From positions 1,584,267 to 1,648,266 of the forward strand of contig OZ242355.1 of the NCBI GenBank assembly GCA_965208805.1: 64,000 nt of DNA. Reading direction: 5' to 3'. A program made the translations under genes and the position numbers. Source of the stretch: Acidimicrobiales bacterium (GTDB lineage: Bacteria > Actinomycetota > Acidimicrobiia > Acidimicrobiales > Bin134). Position 1 is the first letter of the stretch. Every line of letters begins with the position of its first letter. This document shows, one piece after another, positions 18,520 through 28,691 of this stretch. A model generated the notes under the pieces. It ran no database searches, was not told the origin of the DNA, and worked only from the letters and a program-made list of their open reading frames with translations.

Positions 18520-20076
18520 TTAGCTAGCTGCCGCGGTTCCGGCGGCGTGGGCGGCGACGAGCATTGGTCCAATGGTGCCTCCTGCGCCGGGATAGGCCGC
18601 TCCGAGAGGGCTGGCGGCGGCGTTGCCCACCGCGTAGAGCCCCTCGATGAGGCCGCCGTCTTGGTGGCGGACCTGGCCATGGATGTCGGTTCGGGGGCCG
18701 CCCTTGGTGCCCAGGCAGCCGGGATGGAGGGGAACGGCGTAGTACGGCGGCTCTTCGACGGGACCCAGCGTGGGATGGGGGGCCGTCGGGTCGCCGACAA
18801 AGCGGTCGTAGATGGAGCGGCCCCGGCCGAAATCGGGGTCGTCTCCGGTGCCGACGAGCTGATTGAAGCGGATTACCGAGGCAGCTAGTTCTTCGCTGTC
18901 TACGCCGATAGCGGTGGCCAGTTCGTCCAAGCTGTCAGCCCGGTACAGCCACTCCGGATCAGGGCCGCCTCTGCGGAGCGGCCCCAGGTGGTAGCGGCGG
19001 CGGTAGCCGGAGTCGAATACCAGCCAGGCGGTGGCCGCCGGGTATTGGAACCCGGTGGGGTCGAAGGACTGCATGGCCCGGCCTACGTCGTTGTAGTTGC
19101 GGGCCTCGTTGGCGAACCGCCGTCCCCGCGAGTCCACCATCAGCGACCGGGGCCGAGTCCGCTCGGTGAGGACCAGCCGGTGGAAGGGCTCGCCGTCGAT
19201 GGCCTCTCCGGGCACGGTCATGGCTGGACACCACCACGCCTCGGCCATGTTGCCCAACTCAGCTCCGGCGGCTAGCGACAAGCGCAGCGCAGTCCCGTCC
19301 ATGCCGGGAGCACCCACCGGTCCGGTCATCGGCCCTCGCAGAAACGCCCGAACCAAGGCGGGATCCCGTTCGAAGCCGCCGGAGGCCAGGATCACCCGCC
19401 CGGTGATCACGTCAGGGCCGATCCGCACGCCGTTCACCTTGCCGCCCGACTGGGCCAGGCCGTCCACGCCGACGCCGGTGAGTATTGCTGCCCCCAAGGC
19501 TTCGGCAGCTTCCACCAAAGAGGCGATCATCGATCGGCCCATGGTGATCACGCCGCGGCGGGTCCGGGCCGCTATATCGTCACGGTCGAAGTCACCGGTG
19601 GCCAGCTCTCGATAGGTGATGGGTGCAGTCACGTTCGGGGCAGTGCGGATGCGCTGGTCGAGCTCCGGTGACGCCTCGCGGGGCTGGGGCTCCAGGGGGC
19701 GGTGGCCTGGCTTTCCGCCCGGCAGCTCGGGGTGGTAATCGGGATAGGGAACCGTCTGCCACGAAAGCCCGGTGGTCGACTCCAGCCAATCGGCCACCGC
19801 CGGCGCCTGATCGGCGAAGTAGTCGACTAACTCGTCGCCTACATCCCCCAGCCGCAACGCCCGCAAGTAGTTGCGAGCCTCGTCGGGAGTGTCGTCCACT
19901 CCTTCCGCCGCCATCAGCCGGTTGGCAGGCATCCAGGCCAAGCCTCCCGAGAGCGCAGTGGTCCCGCCCAGTACCGGGGCCCGCTCCACCACGGTCACTT
20001 CGGCCCCTGCCTGGGCCGCGGCCACCGCCGCAGTCAATCCGGCAGCCCCCGACCCGACAACCACTACCGAGGACAT
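18520..20076 (-). CDS. kstD: FAD-dependent oxidoreductase, 3-ketosteroid delta1-dehydrogenase-like
   Basis: VVVVGSG, GGTTALSGG, YPDYHPE, RFANEA..Y, GTKGG, YPGAGGTIG (the three KstD-type tyrosine motifs are present). Confidence 0.7.
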   Translation of the reverse strand: MSSVVVVGSGAAGLTAAVAAAQAGAEVTVVERAPVLGGTTALSGGLAWMPANRLMAAEGVDDTPDEARNYLRALRLGDVGDELVDYFADQAPAVADWLESTTGLSWQTVPYPDYHPELPGGKPGHRPLEPQPREASPELDQRIRTAPNVTAPITYRELATGDFDRDDIAARTRRGVITMGRSMIASLVEAAEALGAAILTGVGVDGLAQSGGKVNGVRIGPDVITGRVILASGGFERDPALVRAFLRGPMTGPVGAPGMDGTALRLSLAAGAELGNMAEAWWCPAMTVPGEAIDGEPFHRLVLTERTRPRSLMVDSRGRRFANEARNYNDVGRAMQSFDPTGFQYPAATAWLVFDSGYRRRYHLGPLRRGGPDPEWLYRADSLDELATAIGVDSEELAASVIRFNQLVGTGDDPDFGRGRSIYDRFVGDPTAPHPTLGPVEEPPYYAVPLHPGCLGTKGGPRTDIHGQVRHQDGGLIEGLYAVGNAAASPLGAAYPGAGGTIGPMLVAAHAAGTAAAS

Positions 20077-20096
20077 GTTGGGCTCAATTCTCAACC

Positions 20097-20173
20097 CGTC
20101 AGTCTCGGGGAGTCCAGCGGAACCATCGGGATCTCAGCGCGTCAGCTTCGGGGAGTCCAGCGGAACCACCGGG
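20097..20173. repeat. 34-bp near-perfect direct repeat duplicating the 3' end of the ABC permease gene
   Basis: CGTCAG(TC/CT)TCGGGGAGTCCAGCGGAACCA(T/C)CGGG at 20097-20130 and 20140-20173. Confidence 0.85.
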
Positions 20174-20918
20174 TAACGATGAGGACACCGGCGACGCCCC
20201 ACGCCGCCATGACCAGCCAGTTGGTCAAGGGCCAAATCGACTCGTCGCTGAGCGGGTCGAATCCCCTTTGCAGGGCCACCGCCAGATGCCTAATGGGGAA
20301 TATGTCGCCGATCAATGTGATTGCCCGGGGTGTTTCATCGGTGGCCGGCACATAGACGTCGGAAACGAAGTAGAGCGGCAAGACGATCAAGTTGAGGAAC
20401 GGTGGGCCGGTCGTTTCGTTGGGGACCACGTTGGTGAACGCCAGTCCGAGGGCACAGAACACTGCGCCCCCAATGATCAAGGTCACGATCAGGCTGGGGA
20501 CCGTCTTCCACACCAGATCCACGTCGTAGACCGCCCAGCCGATCAGCGCCATCAGCACCGCCATCAAAGCGATCACGGCGTAGGCGGTGGCAACCAGTCC
20601 CCCCATGAATACCCAGGGACGTATTGGGGTACCCCGCACTCTCTTGAGGATGCTCGTCTCGCGGCGAAAGACCGTGACGATGGCCAGATTCACGAAGGAG
20701 GCTTGGACCACCGACAAGGCGATGATTCCGGGCACAAATCGACTGGCCAGCTTCGGGCCGACAGGGGTGACTAGATCATTGCCGAAGAGCGCGGTGAGCA
20801 CGAACAAGAAGATGAGGGGCAGGACGACGGTGAAAAAGCTGGCCAATGGGTTGCGCCACAGCAGCACGAAGTCGAAGCGGGTCTGAGTCGCCAGCTGCTG
20901 GAGTCCCCGAGTGTTCAT
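20142..20918 (-). CDS. ABC-2 type exporter permease
   Basis: About six TM segments, RRETSILKRVRGTP. Confidence 0.88.
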   Translation of the reverse strand: MNTRGLQQLATQTRFDFVLLWRNPLASFFTVVLPLIFLFVLTALFGNDLVTPVGPKLASRFVPGIIALSVVQASFVNLAIVTVFRRETSILKRVRGTPIRPWVFMGGLVATAYAVIALMAVLMALIGWAVYDVDLVWKTVPSLIVTLIIGGAVFCALGLAFTNVVPNETTGPPFLNLIVLPLYFVSDVYVPATDETPRAITLIGDIFPIRHLAVALQRGFDPLSDESIWPLTNWLVMAAWGVAGVLIVTRWFRWTPRS

Positions 20919-21901
20919 CGGTTTAGCCCTCCGGCGCGGTCGGCCTCGCCGATCAACGCCAGGTAGGTGTCTTCCAGTGTTGGGGTTTGCACTTCTAGCG
21001 ACTCGATCTTGCGGCCCAGTCGCCCGGCTACCTGCAACAGTGCGGCAACAGTGTCGGTGACCTCGTTAGTAAGAATGGCAAGTCTGGCGGGGCTCTCAGC
21101 TGCGCTGGTGCTTGAGTCCCCAGGCTGGCCCGCCACATCAAACACCGTTGCCGCGGCCCGAAGCTGGTCGGGCAATTCGTCCAACGGCACCTCTTGGGCA
21201 TTCCACGAGATCCGGGTTTGCAGCGATGCCGCTTCAGCCAGGTCTGCGGCCGTGCCCCTGGCAATGATTTTTCCGGCGGCGATCACTGAGATCCGGTCGG
21301 CCAGGTTCTGGGCCTCGTCCATGTAGTGGGTGGTGAGCAGAACGGTCACCCCCAAGTCGCGCAGGCCGTCGATCATGGCCCACGCCTCCCGACGGGCGGT
21401 CGGGTCGAATCCGGTAGTGGGTTCGTCGAGGAACAGCAGCTCAGGATTTCCCACTAGCGCCAAGGCCAGATCAAGCCTGCGACGTTGACCTCCCGACAAG
21501 CGCCCGACCCTTTGGTCTCGGTGTTCAGCTAGCCCGACCAGCTCTAGCACTTCGGCCACCGGTCTAGGGGCGGGGAAGTACGCAGCCCACATGATCACCG
21601 TTTCGGCGACCGTCAGGTACTCCTCAGGCTGGGACTCCTGCAATACGATCCCGACTCGCTCCCGCCAGTCCAAGCCCGCGCTGGCCGGATCTTGGCCAAG
21701 AACAGAGACTTCTCCGGCAGTTCGGGTCCGGAAACCTTCGAGAATTTCGACCGTGGTGGTCTTGCCCGCGCCGTTCGGCCCCAAAAAGGCCAGGATCTCG
21801 CCCTCTTCCACATGGAGGTCGACCCCGGCGACTGCTTCGATTGCGCCGTAGGACTTGCGCAGGCCGGTCACTTCTATTGCTGGACTGCGCATCGCTGTCA
21901 C
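20915..21901 (-). CDS. ABC exporter ATP-binding protein
   Basis: GPNGAGKTT, LSGGQ, LFLDEPTTG, TTHY. Confidence 0.93.
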   Translation of the reverse strand: MTAMRSPAIEVTGLRKSYGAIEAVAGVDLHVEEGEILAFLGPNGAGKTTTVEILEGFRTRTAGEVSVLGQDPASAGLDWRERVGIVLQESQPEEYLTVAETVIMWAAYFPAPRPVAEVLELVGLAEHRDQRVGRLSGGQRRRLDLALALVGNPELLFLDEPTTGFDPTARREAWAMIDGLRDLGVTVLLTTHYMDEAQNLADRISVIAAGKIIARGTAADLAEAASLQTRISWNAQEVPLDELPDQLRAAATVFDVAGQPGDSSTSAAESPARLAILTNEVTDTVAALLQVAGRLGRKIESLEVQTPTLEDTYLALIGEADRAGGLNR

Positions 21902-21954
21902 TCTCGGCGCTTTGGCAGGGCAGAGCTACTTCGGCAAGGGATCTTCGAAGCGAT

Positions 21955-22326
21955 TCAACTTTCTAGCATGGCAGCCAAGGCGGCAGTGTCGAACCACTGG
22001 GAGAGACGGCAGATGCGGCCATCTTCGACGTCGAAGATGTCTACGGCATCGAAGGCCACCTCGCGTCCATCGGCCGTGGCGCCGTTGAAGGTGATCTCCA
22101 CCACAACAGTGCTGCCGGACTCTAAGAATCGGGTGGGTTTGTCCTGGTGCACTGGGAACCGCTCGAAGATCTTCTCGAACATGGCGATGGCCTTGTCGGA
22201 GCCGATGCGGGGCCGCGATCCCGACGGGATCAGGTCGAGCTCGGGATGCAACACCGAGGCCATGAGCTCCCAGTCCTCGGTGTTGAGCGCGGTGAAGTAG
22301 TCCTTCACGGTCTCGAGGGGGCTCAT
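21955..22326 (-). CDS. NTF2/SnoaL-like protein (ketosteroid isomerase fold)
   Basis: VKDYFTALN..DW, VVVE..F.G, DGRI...WFD; start overlaps the LLM stop. Confidence 0.8.
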   Translation of the reverse strand: MSPLETVKDYFTALNTEDWELMASVLHPELDLIPSGSRPRIGSDKAIAMFEKIFERFPVHQDKPTRFLESGSTVVVEITFNGATADGREVAFDAVDIFDVEDGRICRLSQWFDTAALAAMLES

Positions 22327-23429
22327 CCGCCGCCTCGCAAAATGTCTTTGACCTCGCGCATGGCCTTGAACGACCAACCGGCCAGTTCGGGGTCGCCGAA
22401 GGCGGTGACGTTCCACATGATCAGATGGCGCAGGCCAGCGTCGTAGTAGGTGCGGACCTCCTCGGCGATCTGCTCCGGGGTGCCGCAGAAGCAGTAGTAG
22501 TCCACCACCTTGGGGGGGATGCCGTCGATGATGGCCTCGGCCTGCTCCCGGGGCACCGACGCGGGGATCAGATCGTGGAATCCCTCAGGGGGCTCCACAC
22601 CGAGTTCACGGAAGATCTGCGGGGGCAGCATCACCATGATGGCCCGCAGCAGCGGCGCCTCCTGCATTCGCCGCAGGGTGGCCTCGTCGGGAGCGGCTAG
22701 CACGTAGGCCAGCAGTCCGGGGGTGACCGCCTCTGCGTCACGGCCCGCCTCTGCCGACGCCTGGCGGATGGTGGCCAGGGAGTCGGCGTACACGTTGGGG
22801 GCCAGCTTGGTTGGTAGCCAGCCGTCGGCCAGTCTCCCGGTGATGCGCAGCATGCGAGGGCCGTGGGCCGCCGTCCAGATCGGCGGGGGAGTGTCCCCGT
22901 AGGGCGAGAGGCCCAGCACGGCGTCCTTCATGTGATGGAACTTGCCCTCGTAGTCGATGGGTCCGTCGGCCCCCCACAGGGCCCGGATGATCTCGATGCC
23001 CTCCTCCAGGCGGCCGACCGGGCGGTCGAAGTCCATGCCGTAGGGGGTCACGTTCATTCGCTCGCCCGAGCCCAAACCCAATATGGCCCGGCCCTGGGTC
23101 AGGTGGTCGAGGGTGAGGGCCATGTTGGCCACCATGGCCGGGTGGCGGCGGATCAGGTCTGTGACGACGGCCCCGACTTTGATGGTCTCGGTCTGAGCCC
23201 CGACTGCGCCCATCATCACCAGTGGGTCAAAGTACACGTGGCCGCTGGGCTGCACCGCGGCCAGCGGGCTCATGTCCGGCGTCCAGATCGAATCGGGGTG
23301 CCAGCCCATCAGATGGCAGGGCCACCACAGGGCGTCGTAGCCATCGGCTTCGGCCCGCTGGCCCAGCTCTACCGCCCGGTGGGCCGGAGGCATGATCTGC
23401 CCCGGTACGCCGATCTCGAGGTCTCTCAT
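22323..23429 (-). CDS. LLM-class (probably F420-dependent) oxidoreductase
   Basis: GYDALWW..H, VTDLIRRHP, LGLGSGE, AAHGPRML..TGRLADGW. Confidence 0.85.
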   Translation of the reverse strand: MRDLEIGVPGQIMPPAHRAVELGQRAEADGYDALWWPCHLMGWHPDSIWTPDMSPLAAVQPSGHVYFDPLVMMGAVGAQTETIKVGAVVTDLIRRHPAMVANMALTLDHLTQGRAILGLGSGERMNVTPYGMDFDRPVGRLEEGIEIIRALWGADGPIDYEGKFHHMKDAVLGLSPYGDTPPPIWTAAHGPRMLRITGRLADGWLPTKLAPNVYADSLATIRQASAEAGRDAEAVTPGLLAYVLAAPDEATLRRMQEAPLLRAIMVMLPPQIFRELGVEPPEGFHDLIPASVPREQAEAIIDGIPPKVVDYYCFCGTPEQIAEEVRTYYDAGLRHLIMWNVTAFGDPELAGWSFKAMREVKDILRGGG

Positions 23430-23484
23430 CCGCTGTTCCTGTCCCTCGTGCGGACAAACCGGCGCGATGCTGTGTGGTCTCTCA

Positions 23485-24300
23485 TCAGCCAAATTCGCGA
23501 CGGCGCATCCCGTCGGGGTCGATGACGTCGCGGATCAGGCGCACCTGCTCGGCGGTGGGCACCGTGGTGGTGGGGGTGGCGCCTTCCGGTGCGGGCAGCT
23601 CGAAGCCGGTGGCCTCCTGCACCTGTTCGAAGGTCACACCTGGGTGGAGAGATGCCACCTGCATGTGGCGGGTTTCCGGATGGAAGTCCATGACGCAGAG
23701 GTTGGTGATCACCAGCTCGGGTCCGCCATCTAGTCCGGCATCAGCCCGCTCGGAACCGCCGCCCCGGTATCCGGCGCAGGAGATGAAGTCCACGCTCTCC
23801 ACCAGCGAGCGGGGGTTGTGGTTGGGGTTCCAGTAATAGAGCGACTTGCCGATCGATCCCATGTCGCCCAGCCCGGCGGTTCCCGGCAGGCGCACCCGGG
23901 GGTTGTGGTAGTCAGCGCCGATCACCGAGTTGTTGCCGTTGCCGTAGCGGTCGAGCTGAGCGGCCCCCACGCAGAACTTGGTGAGCCACCGGCCATTGAG
24001 GGCGAAGTTCCAGAAGTCGCCGTACTGCTCCACATACATGATGGAATCGCGCCACAGGGGGGCTTCCAGGGTGGAGGCCGGTACCCGGTCGGGCCGGGGC
24101 TCCAGGCCCACTGCCCCCGCCAACCACACCAGGTCGGGGGCATGGGTGAGTCGGGCCAGCCAGAAGGCGCTGACCGGCACGAACGAGGCCATGCCGTTGC
24201 AGGCCTGATCGCCGTCGGCGAAGCAATCGGCCAGGCGGGCAATCATCAGCTCGTCGATAGTCCAGTCTTCGGCCGGGGGGCTGTTGCGCCAGTCGCTCAT
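23485..24300 (-). CDS. CoA-transferase family I beta subunit (GctB/IpdB-like), second copy
   Basis: LARLTHAP, GAAQLDRYGNGN, VRLPGTAG, SLHPGVT; paralog of 1850-2647. Confidence 0.88.
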   Translation of the reverse strand: MSDWRNSPPAEDWTIDELMIARLADCFADGDQACNGMASFVPVSAFWLARLTHAPDLVWLAGAVGLEPRPDRVPASTLEAPLWRDSIMYVEQYGDFWNFALNGRWLTKFCVGAAQLDRYGNGNNSVIGADYHNPRVRLPGTAGLGDMGSIGKSLYYWNPNHNPRSLVESVDFISCAGYRGGGSERADAGLDGGPELVITNLCVMDFHPETRHMQVASLHPGVTFEQVQEATGFELPAPEGATPTTTVPTAEQVRLIRDVIDPDGMRRREFG

Positions 24301-24352
24301 GGCTGTCTTCCCGATGAATTCATTCCAGACATTGTCCCGCCACCGAGCGCCT

Positions 24353-25243
24353 TCATGTTTGTTCCCAGTTCTCTAGGGCAGCCTGTCGTTGGGCGCCTCC
24401 CACTGTTTCTAGGTAGGCAGCGTGATCAGCGGGGCCGGTCACGTACCTCTCCAAGAACTCAGCCACGGCCTCATCGTCCCGTGCCGCGCCGATCCACTCC
24501 AAGTGCATGGCGGTGTCGTAGCCATAGCGGGGAGAGAACGAGGTGGGGTGGGCGCCGAAGGGAGCCTCGACCACCGCGTCCACCATGAAACCGGGCAGCA
24601 CGGTGCGGTCGGGGTTTGCTCGCAGCACTTCAGAGTCCACGATTTCCTCGGCGGTCACGATCACCGTGGTGGCGGCCTTGGGCATGATGCCCAGATCGGG
24701 CCACAGGGCGGTGGGCTCGTAGCCAATATTGCCAAACCGGTCGGCCTTGTGGGCGTGGACCAAAGCCACATCGGGCACCAGCGCCTTGCACGCCACCACC
24801 GACGGCCCGCCGAACGGGTCATCTAGCATCACCAGGTTGTCGTTCACGTCGATCAAATCGGTGCCGATCAGCCCCCGGGTGGGCAGGAACGGCAGGTTGC
24901 GGGCCCCTGCCCCCAGCCGGGCGTTCAGCGCCGTCTCCGACAGCTCTTCGACTCGGATCGCACCGACCTCCACCGCCTTGCGGTAGCGCTGGCACAAACC
25001 GAACTGCTCCATCGACACCGCCGCGCCGATGAGTCGGTTCATAGCCCCGGCGGCAGCCAGCCAGTCCACTGGGATGCCGCCCACCAGGCACACCACCCCG
25101 AGGCTTTGCCGACCTTGGCGGATCAGCTCCCGCACCAAGGCCATGGGTGCGGCCTGGGTGGCCATGTTCTGAATGGCTACGGTGTCTCCGTCGCGAACGA
25201 GGGCAGCCGCGTCCTCAAGAGTGGACAGCTTCTCGGCGCTCAT
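24353..25243 (-). CDS. CoA-transferase family I alpha subunit (GctA/IpdA-like), second copy
   Basis: PMALVRELIRQ, EELSE, LPFLPT.GLIGTD, PDVALVHAHKADRFGN, PFGAHP. Confidence 0.88.
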   Translation of the reverse strand: MSAEKLSTLEDAAALVRDGDTVAIQNMATQAAPMALVRELIRQGRQSLGVVCLVGGIPVDWLAAAGAMNRLIGAAVSMEQFGLCQRYRKAVEVGAIRVEELSETALNARLGAGARNLPFLPTRGLIGTDLIDVNDNLVMLDDPFGGPSVVACKALVPDVALVHAHKADRFGNIGYEPTALWPDLGIMPKAATTVIVTAEEIVDSEVLRANPDRTVLPGFMVDAVVEAPFGAHPTSFSPRYGYDTAMHLEWIGAARDDEAVAEFLERYVTGPADHAAYLETVGGAQRQAALENWEQT

Positions 25244-26043
25244 AACAGCTCAACCATCTCTCGTCCTCCGTGGAGTTCGATCACCTGCCCCGTTGCATAG
25301 TCGGAGTCCGGTGATGCCAGCCAAGCGCAGGCTCCAGCCACGTCTTCAGGGGTGCCAGCGCGTCCGATGGGGATCTGGGCCTCGATGCGCTCGATGATGG
25401 CCTCGGGGATGCCCAGGCCGGTGCTGTCATCCCGGGCCCCGGTGAGCCGGGTGCCGGCAATGTACCCCGGTGCCACTGCGTTGACGTTGATCCGGTGGCG
25501 GGCCCACTCCCGGGCCAGCGACTTGGTGAGCGCGATCACCCCGCCCTTGGCCGCGGAGTAGTTGACGTTGCCGGCGATTCCGTAGATGCCGTTGATGGAC
25601 GCCATGTTCACCACCTTGCGGTGATGGCCTGGCGGGTTGTCGCGACTACCCCGCAGTTGCGGGAATGCAGCTCGGCACAGGTTGAACGTGCCTGTAAGGG
25701 CCACCTCGCAGACGAGGTTCCACTGCTGGTCGGTCATGTTGTGGGCCATGGCGTCGGCGGTGATACCCGCGTTGTTCACCAGGATGTCCAAGCCGCCGAA
25801 CGAGTCTTGAGCGGTGTTCAACATCGCCTCGATGTCGTCATGGTCGACCACCGAGCCGGGGGAAGCTATCGCCTGTCCGCCGTCGGCGGCGATCGCGGCT
25901 GCTGCCTCCTCGGCCACGCCTGCATCCACATCGTTCACCACAACCGCGGCCCCATCCCGGGCCAAACGGGTCGCTACCGCCAACCCGATGCCGCGTCCAG
26001 CGCCGGTAATAAGCGCCACCCGGTTGTCCAATGGCTTGGCCAC
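25240..26043 (-). CDS. SDR, FabG-like 3-oxoacyl reductase
   Basis: TGAGRGIG, NNAGIT, NYSAAKGG. Confidence 0.9.
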   Translation of the reverse strand: MAKPLDNRVALITGAGRGIGLAVATRLARDGAAVVVNDVDAGVAEEAAAAIAADGGQAIASPGSVVDHDDIEAMLNTAQDSFGGLDILVNNAGITADAMAHNMTDQQWNLVCEVALTGTFNLCRAAFPQLRGSRDNPPGHHRKVVNMASINGIYGIAGNVNYSAAKGGVIALTKSLAREWARHRINVNAVAPGYIAGTRLTGARDDSTGLGIPEAIIERIEAQIPIGRAGTPEDVAGACAWLASPDSDYATGQVIELHGGREMVELL

Positions 26044-27203
26044 TAGAAGCTGCGTGGGAGCCCGAAGGTCTCGGCGATGCTGTTCCTCGCCATTTCGTTG
26101 GTGATGGGCCCAATGCGATACAGGCGGCTGTCTCGCCAGTAGCGCTGAGGGTGGGTCTCCAGGGCATAGCCCATGCCCCCCAGGACCTGGATGGCGATGT
26201 CAGAGCACTTGCCGGCGTACTCCGAGGCCACCACCTTGGCCATATTGGCCTCCCGGCCGCAGTCCTCGCCCGACTCCGACTTCCACGCCGCGTAGTAGGT
26301 CATCAGCTCGGCCTGCTTCTGCATCATGGCCATGTCGGCCAGGTTCTGGTGCCACACCTGGAATGAGCCGATCTTCTTGCCGAAGGCCTCCCGCTCCATC
26401 AAGTAGCTCATGGCCTCCTCGATGCAGCCGTCGATGATGCCGGTGCACAGCGCGGCCACCATGATCCGCTCGTTGTTGAGGGTGGACAGCATTTGGTAGA
26501 AGCCCTGGCCGGGTTGGCCCACCACGTACTCGTCGGGCACGAACACGTCGTCGAGGAACACCTCGCACGATCCCACCGACTTCATGCCCACCTTGGGGAT
26601 CTGACGGCACTCCAAGCCCTCCGAAGGCTGTTTCACCAAGAACAATGTGACCCCCCGGGCCGGCTTGTCCACGATGTCCTCGGTGCGGGCCATCAAGAAC
26701 AGGTAGTCGGACACGTGGGCTGCGGTAGACCAGATTTTTTGGCCGGTGATGCTATATCCGCCGTCCACCTTGGTGGCCCGGGTGCGCATGGCGCCCATGA
26801 GGTCGGTGCCTCCCGAGGGCTCGGTGACGGCGATGGCCACCCGAAGCTTGCCCTCGGCCAGCTGGGGGATCAGCTCCTCGCGGGCCACGTCGGAGGCGAA
26901 CTTGTTGATCGACTTGGCACAGAACGAGGAGATGCCGAAGATCCAGGTGAGCCCGGCCAGCGAGCGGGCCAGCTCCCGAGTGAGAATCATCTGGGTGACC
27001 ACATCGCCGCCCTGGCCGCCCAGTTCGGGGGGCAGGCCGATGGCGTGGAACCCGGCTTCGGACATCTTGTCCCATAGCTCGAACGGGTACTCGAACTCCT
27101 GGGCCTCGTAGTCGCGGGCTGCATCCTTGGGGCATTCCTTCTCGACCCAGTTGCGGACCATCTCTTGGAACATCGTCTGCTCGTCGGTGAGGGTGAACTC
27201 CAT
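26043..27203 (-). CDS. Acyl-CoA dehydrogenase
   Basis: AVTEPSGGTD, GQKIWST, LNNER, REAFGKKIG, QVLGGMGY. Confidence 0.92.
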   Translation of the reverse strand: MEFTLTDEQTMFQEMVRNWVEKECPKDAARDYEAQEFEYPFELWDKMSEAGFHAIGLPPELGGQGGDVVTQMILTRELARSLAGLTWIFGISSFCAKSINKFASDVAREELIPQLAEGKLRVAIAVTEPSGGTDLMGAMRTRATKVDGGYSITGQKIWSTAAHVSDYLFLMARTEDIVDKPARGVTLFLVKQPSEGLECRQIPKVGMKSVGSCEVFLDDVFVPDEYVVGQPGQGFYQMLSTLNNERIMVAALCTGIIDGCIEEAMSYLMEREAFGKKIGSFQVWHQNLADMAMMQKQAELMTYYAAWKSESGEDCGREANMAKVVASEYAGKCSDIAIQVLGGMGYALETHPQRYWRDSRLYRIGPITNEMARNSIAETFGLPRSF

Positions 27204-27252
27204 CTGCTTGTTGCTCCTTGCTCTTGCCAGTCAGTCTGTCAGGTGGGGTCGA

Positions 27253-28638
27253 TCAGTAGCGCCAGCCGTCGCCGAAGGTGGGGATGCGGCGGCCCAAGAT
27301 GTCCTCCACGCAGGTAAGCGCGGCCCGGGCCGACCGATCGGTGCCTATGCCCCGACTGCGGAAGGTCTCGCTGGCGAAGTACAGGCCGTCGACGGTGGGG
27401 GCTCGCCAATGAGGCCGGAACTTGCCCACCAGCATGGGCTTCTGGGCGACGCCGAAGGCCGGGTCGAACACGTACAAGCGCCTCTTCCACACGTGCTCGG
27501 CCAGGCCGGGATACATCACGTACAGGCCTTGTTCGAGGCGGTTGTACATGTCCTCGATGTAGCGCCGGTCCCGCCCGCGGGAGCCGGGGACGATGCCGCC
27601 AGTGCAGTACAGGTGGAGCCCATCGGGAATGCCGTTGGGATCCATGGCCGCCTGGTCGTACATGTAGCCCGGTGTCGGGCTGTGGGGGGTGGCCAGCCAA
27701 GTGGCCAGCTCCCGGGGGTCGAACATGGTCACCGGTTCCTCGGTGGCGAAGTACAGGTTGAGCATGGTCACCCGGTACTGGTCCTGGGCCAGATAGCGGA
27801 TCTGGCTGGTGTACCACTCGGGCAGCTCCCACTCGGGCACCACGTTGAACACGTTCCACACCGGCAGCGTGGAGATCACCGCGTCGCACTCGATTACCTC
27901 GCCGACGTCGTAGTCGACGGGCACCTTGGGCTCATGGGGGATGGACACGCCGACCACAGCGCCGTTCTCGATCAGCACGCGGCCGGCCGGGGTCTGCATC
28001 CGCAGCTCGCCGCCGTGCTCGGTGAAGCCGTCGGCCAGGTCCTGCCACATGCCGTCCCAGCCTTGGCCGGGCCAGCACGAGTAGGCGGCCATGTGCCGCT
28101 CCTCGTAGTGCATCTTGCGCACCCACAGGTTGTCGCTGGCCGAGTGGTCGTACCATTCGTCGGTCATGCACTCCAGCACGGCGATAAACTCGTAGAGATC
28201 ATAAACACCCTGGTCAGAGGTGTACTGGGCCAGCCATTCCCTCATGGGGCGGTCGTCCCACTCCTCTAGCTCGTCCCATGAGCTTTCGGTGATGGCCTTG
28301 ATGACCTTCTTCACCTCGGTCTTGTCGGGGTAGCGGTCGCGGATCGATCCCCAGGTTTGAGTGTCGTTGTCCCAGATCGGCATATCGTGGGACACCTCGC
28401 CGTGGATCAGCTCTTTGCCGACGTGCTCGAACACCTTGGTAAGACCCGATCCGGGGTCTTCGATGAGGTGTCCGCCCAGGTTCACCTTGAACCCATCGTC
28501 GTCGGCCGCCAGCGCCCGGCCACCCAGGAAGGGTGAGCGCTCCAGAAGGGTGACCGATTTGCCTTCAGCGGCCAGAAGGGCCCCGGCGCTCAGCCCGGCC
28601 GCCCCGGCGCCAATAACGACAACGTCGCATTTGGTCAT
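27253..28638 (-). CDS. FAD-dependent oxidoreductase (phytoene desaturase/amine oxidase superfamily)
   Basis: VVVIGAGAAG, LGGR, VDGLYFAS; leaderless-type TAGTAT 6 nt upstream. Confidence 0.82.
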   Translation of the reverse strand: MTKCDVVVIGAGAAGLSAGALLAAEGKSVTLLERSPFLGGRALAADDDGFKVNLGGHLIEDPGSGLTKVFEHVGKELIHGEVSHDMPIWDNDTQTWGSIRDRYPDKTEVKKVIKAITESSWDELEEWDDRPMREWLAQYTSDQGVYDLYEFIAVLECMTDEWYDHSASDNLWVRKMHYEERHMAAYSCWPGQGWDGMWQDLADGFTEHGGELRMQTPAGRVLIENGAVVGVSIPHEPKVPVDYDVGEVIECDAVISTLPVWNVFNVVPEWELPEWYTSQIRYLAQDQYRVTMLNLYFATEEPVTMFDPRELATWLATPHSPTPGYMYDQAAMDPNGIPDGLHLYCTGGIVPGSRGRDRRYIEDMYNRLEQGLYVMYPGLAEHVWKRRLYVFDPAFGVAQKPMLVGKFRPHWRAPTVDGLYFASETFRSRGIGTDRSARAALTCVEDILGRRIPTFGDGWRY

Positions 28639-28691
28639 GGGGGGATACTAAGAGCGTGGGCTGTTGGTCGGCACTTTATGAACGCGGCCCC

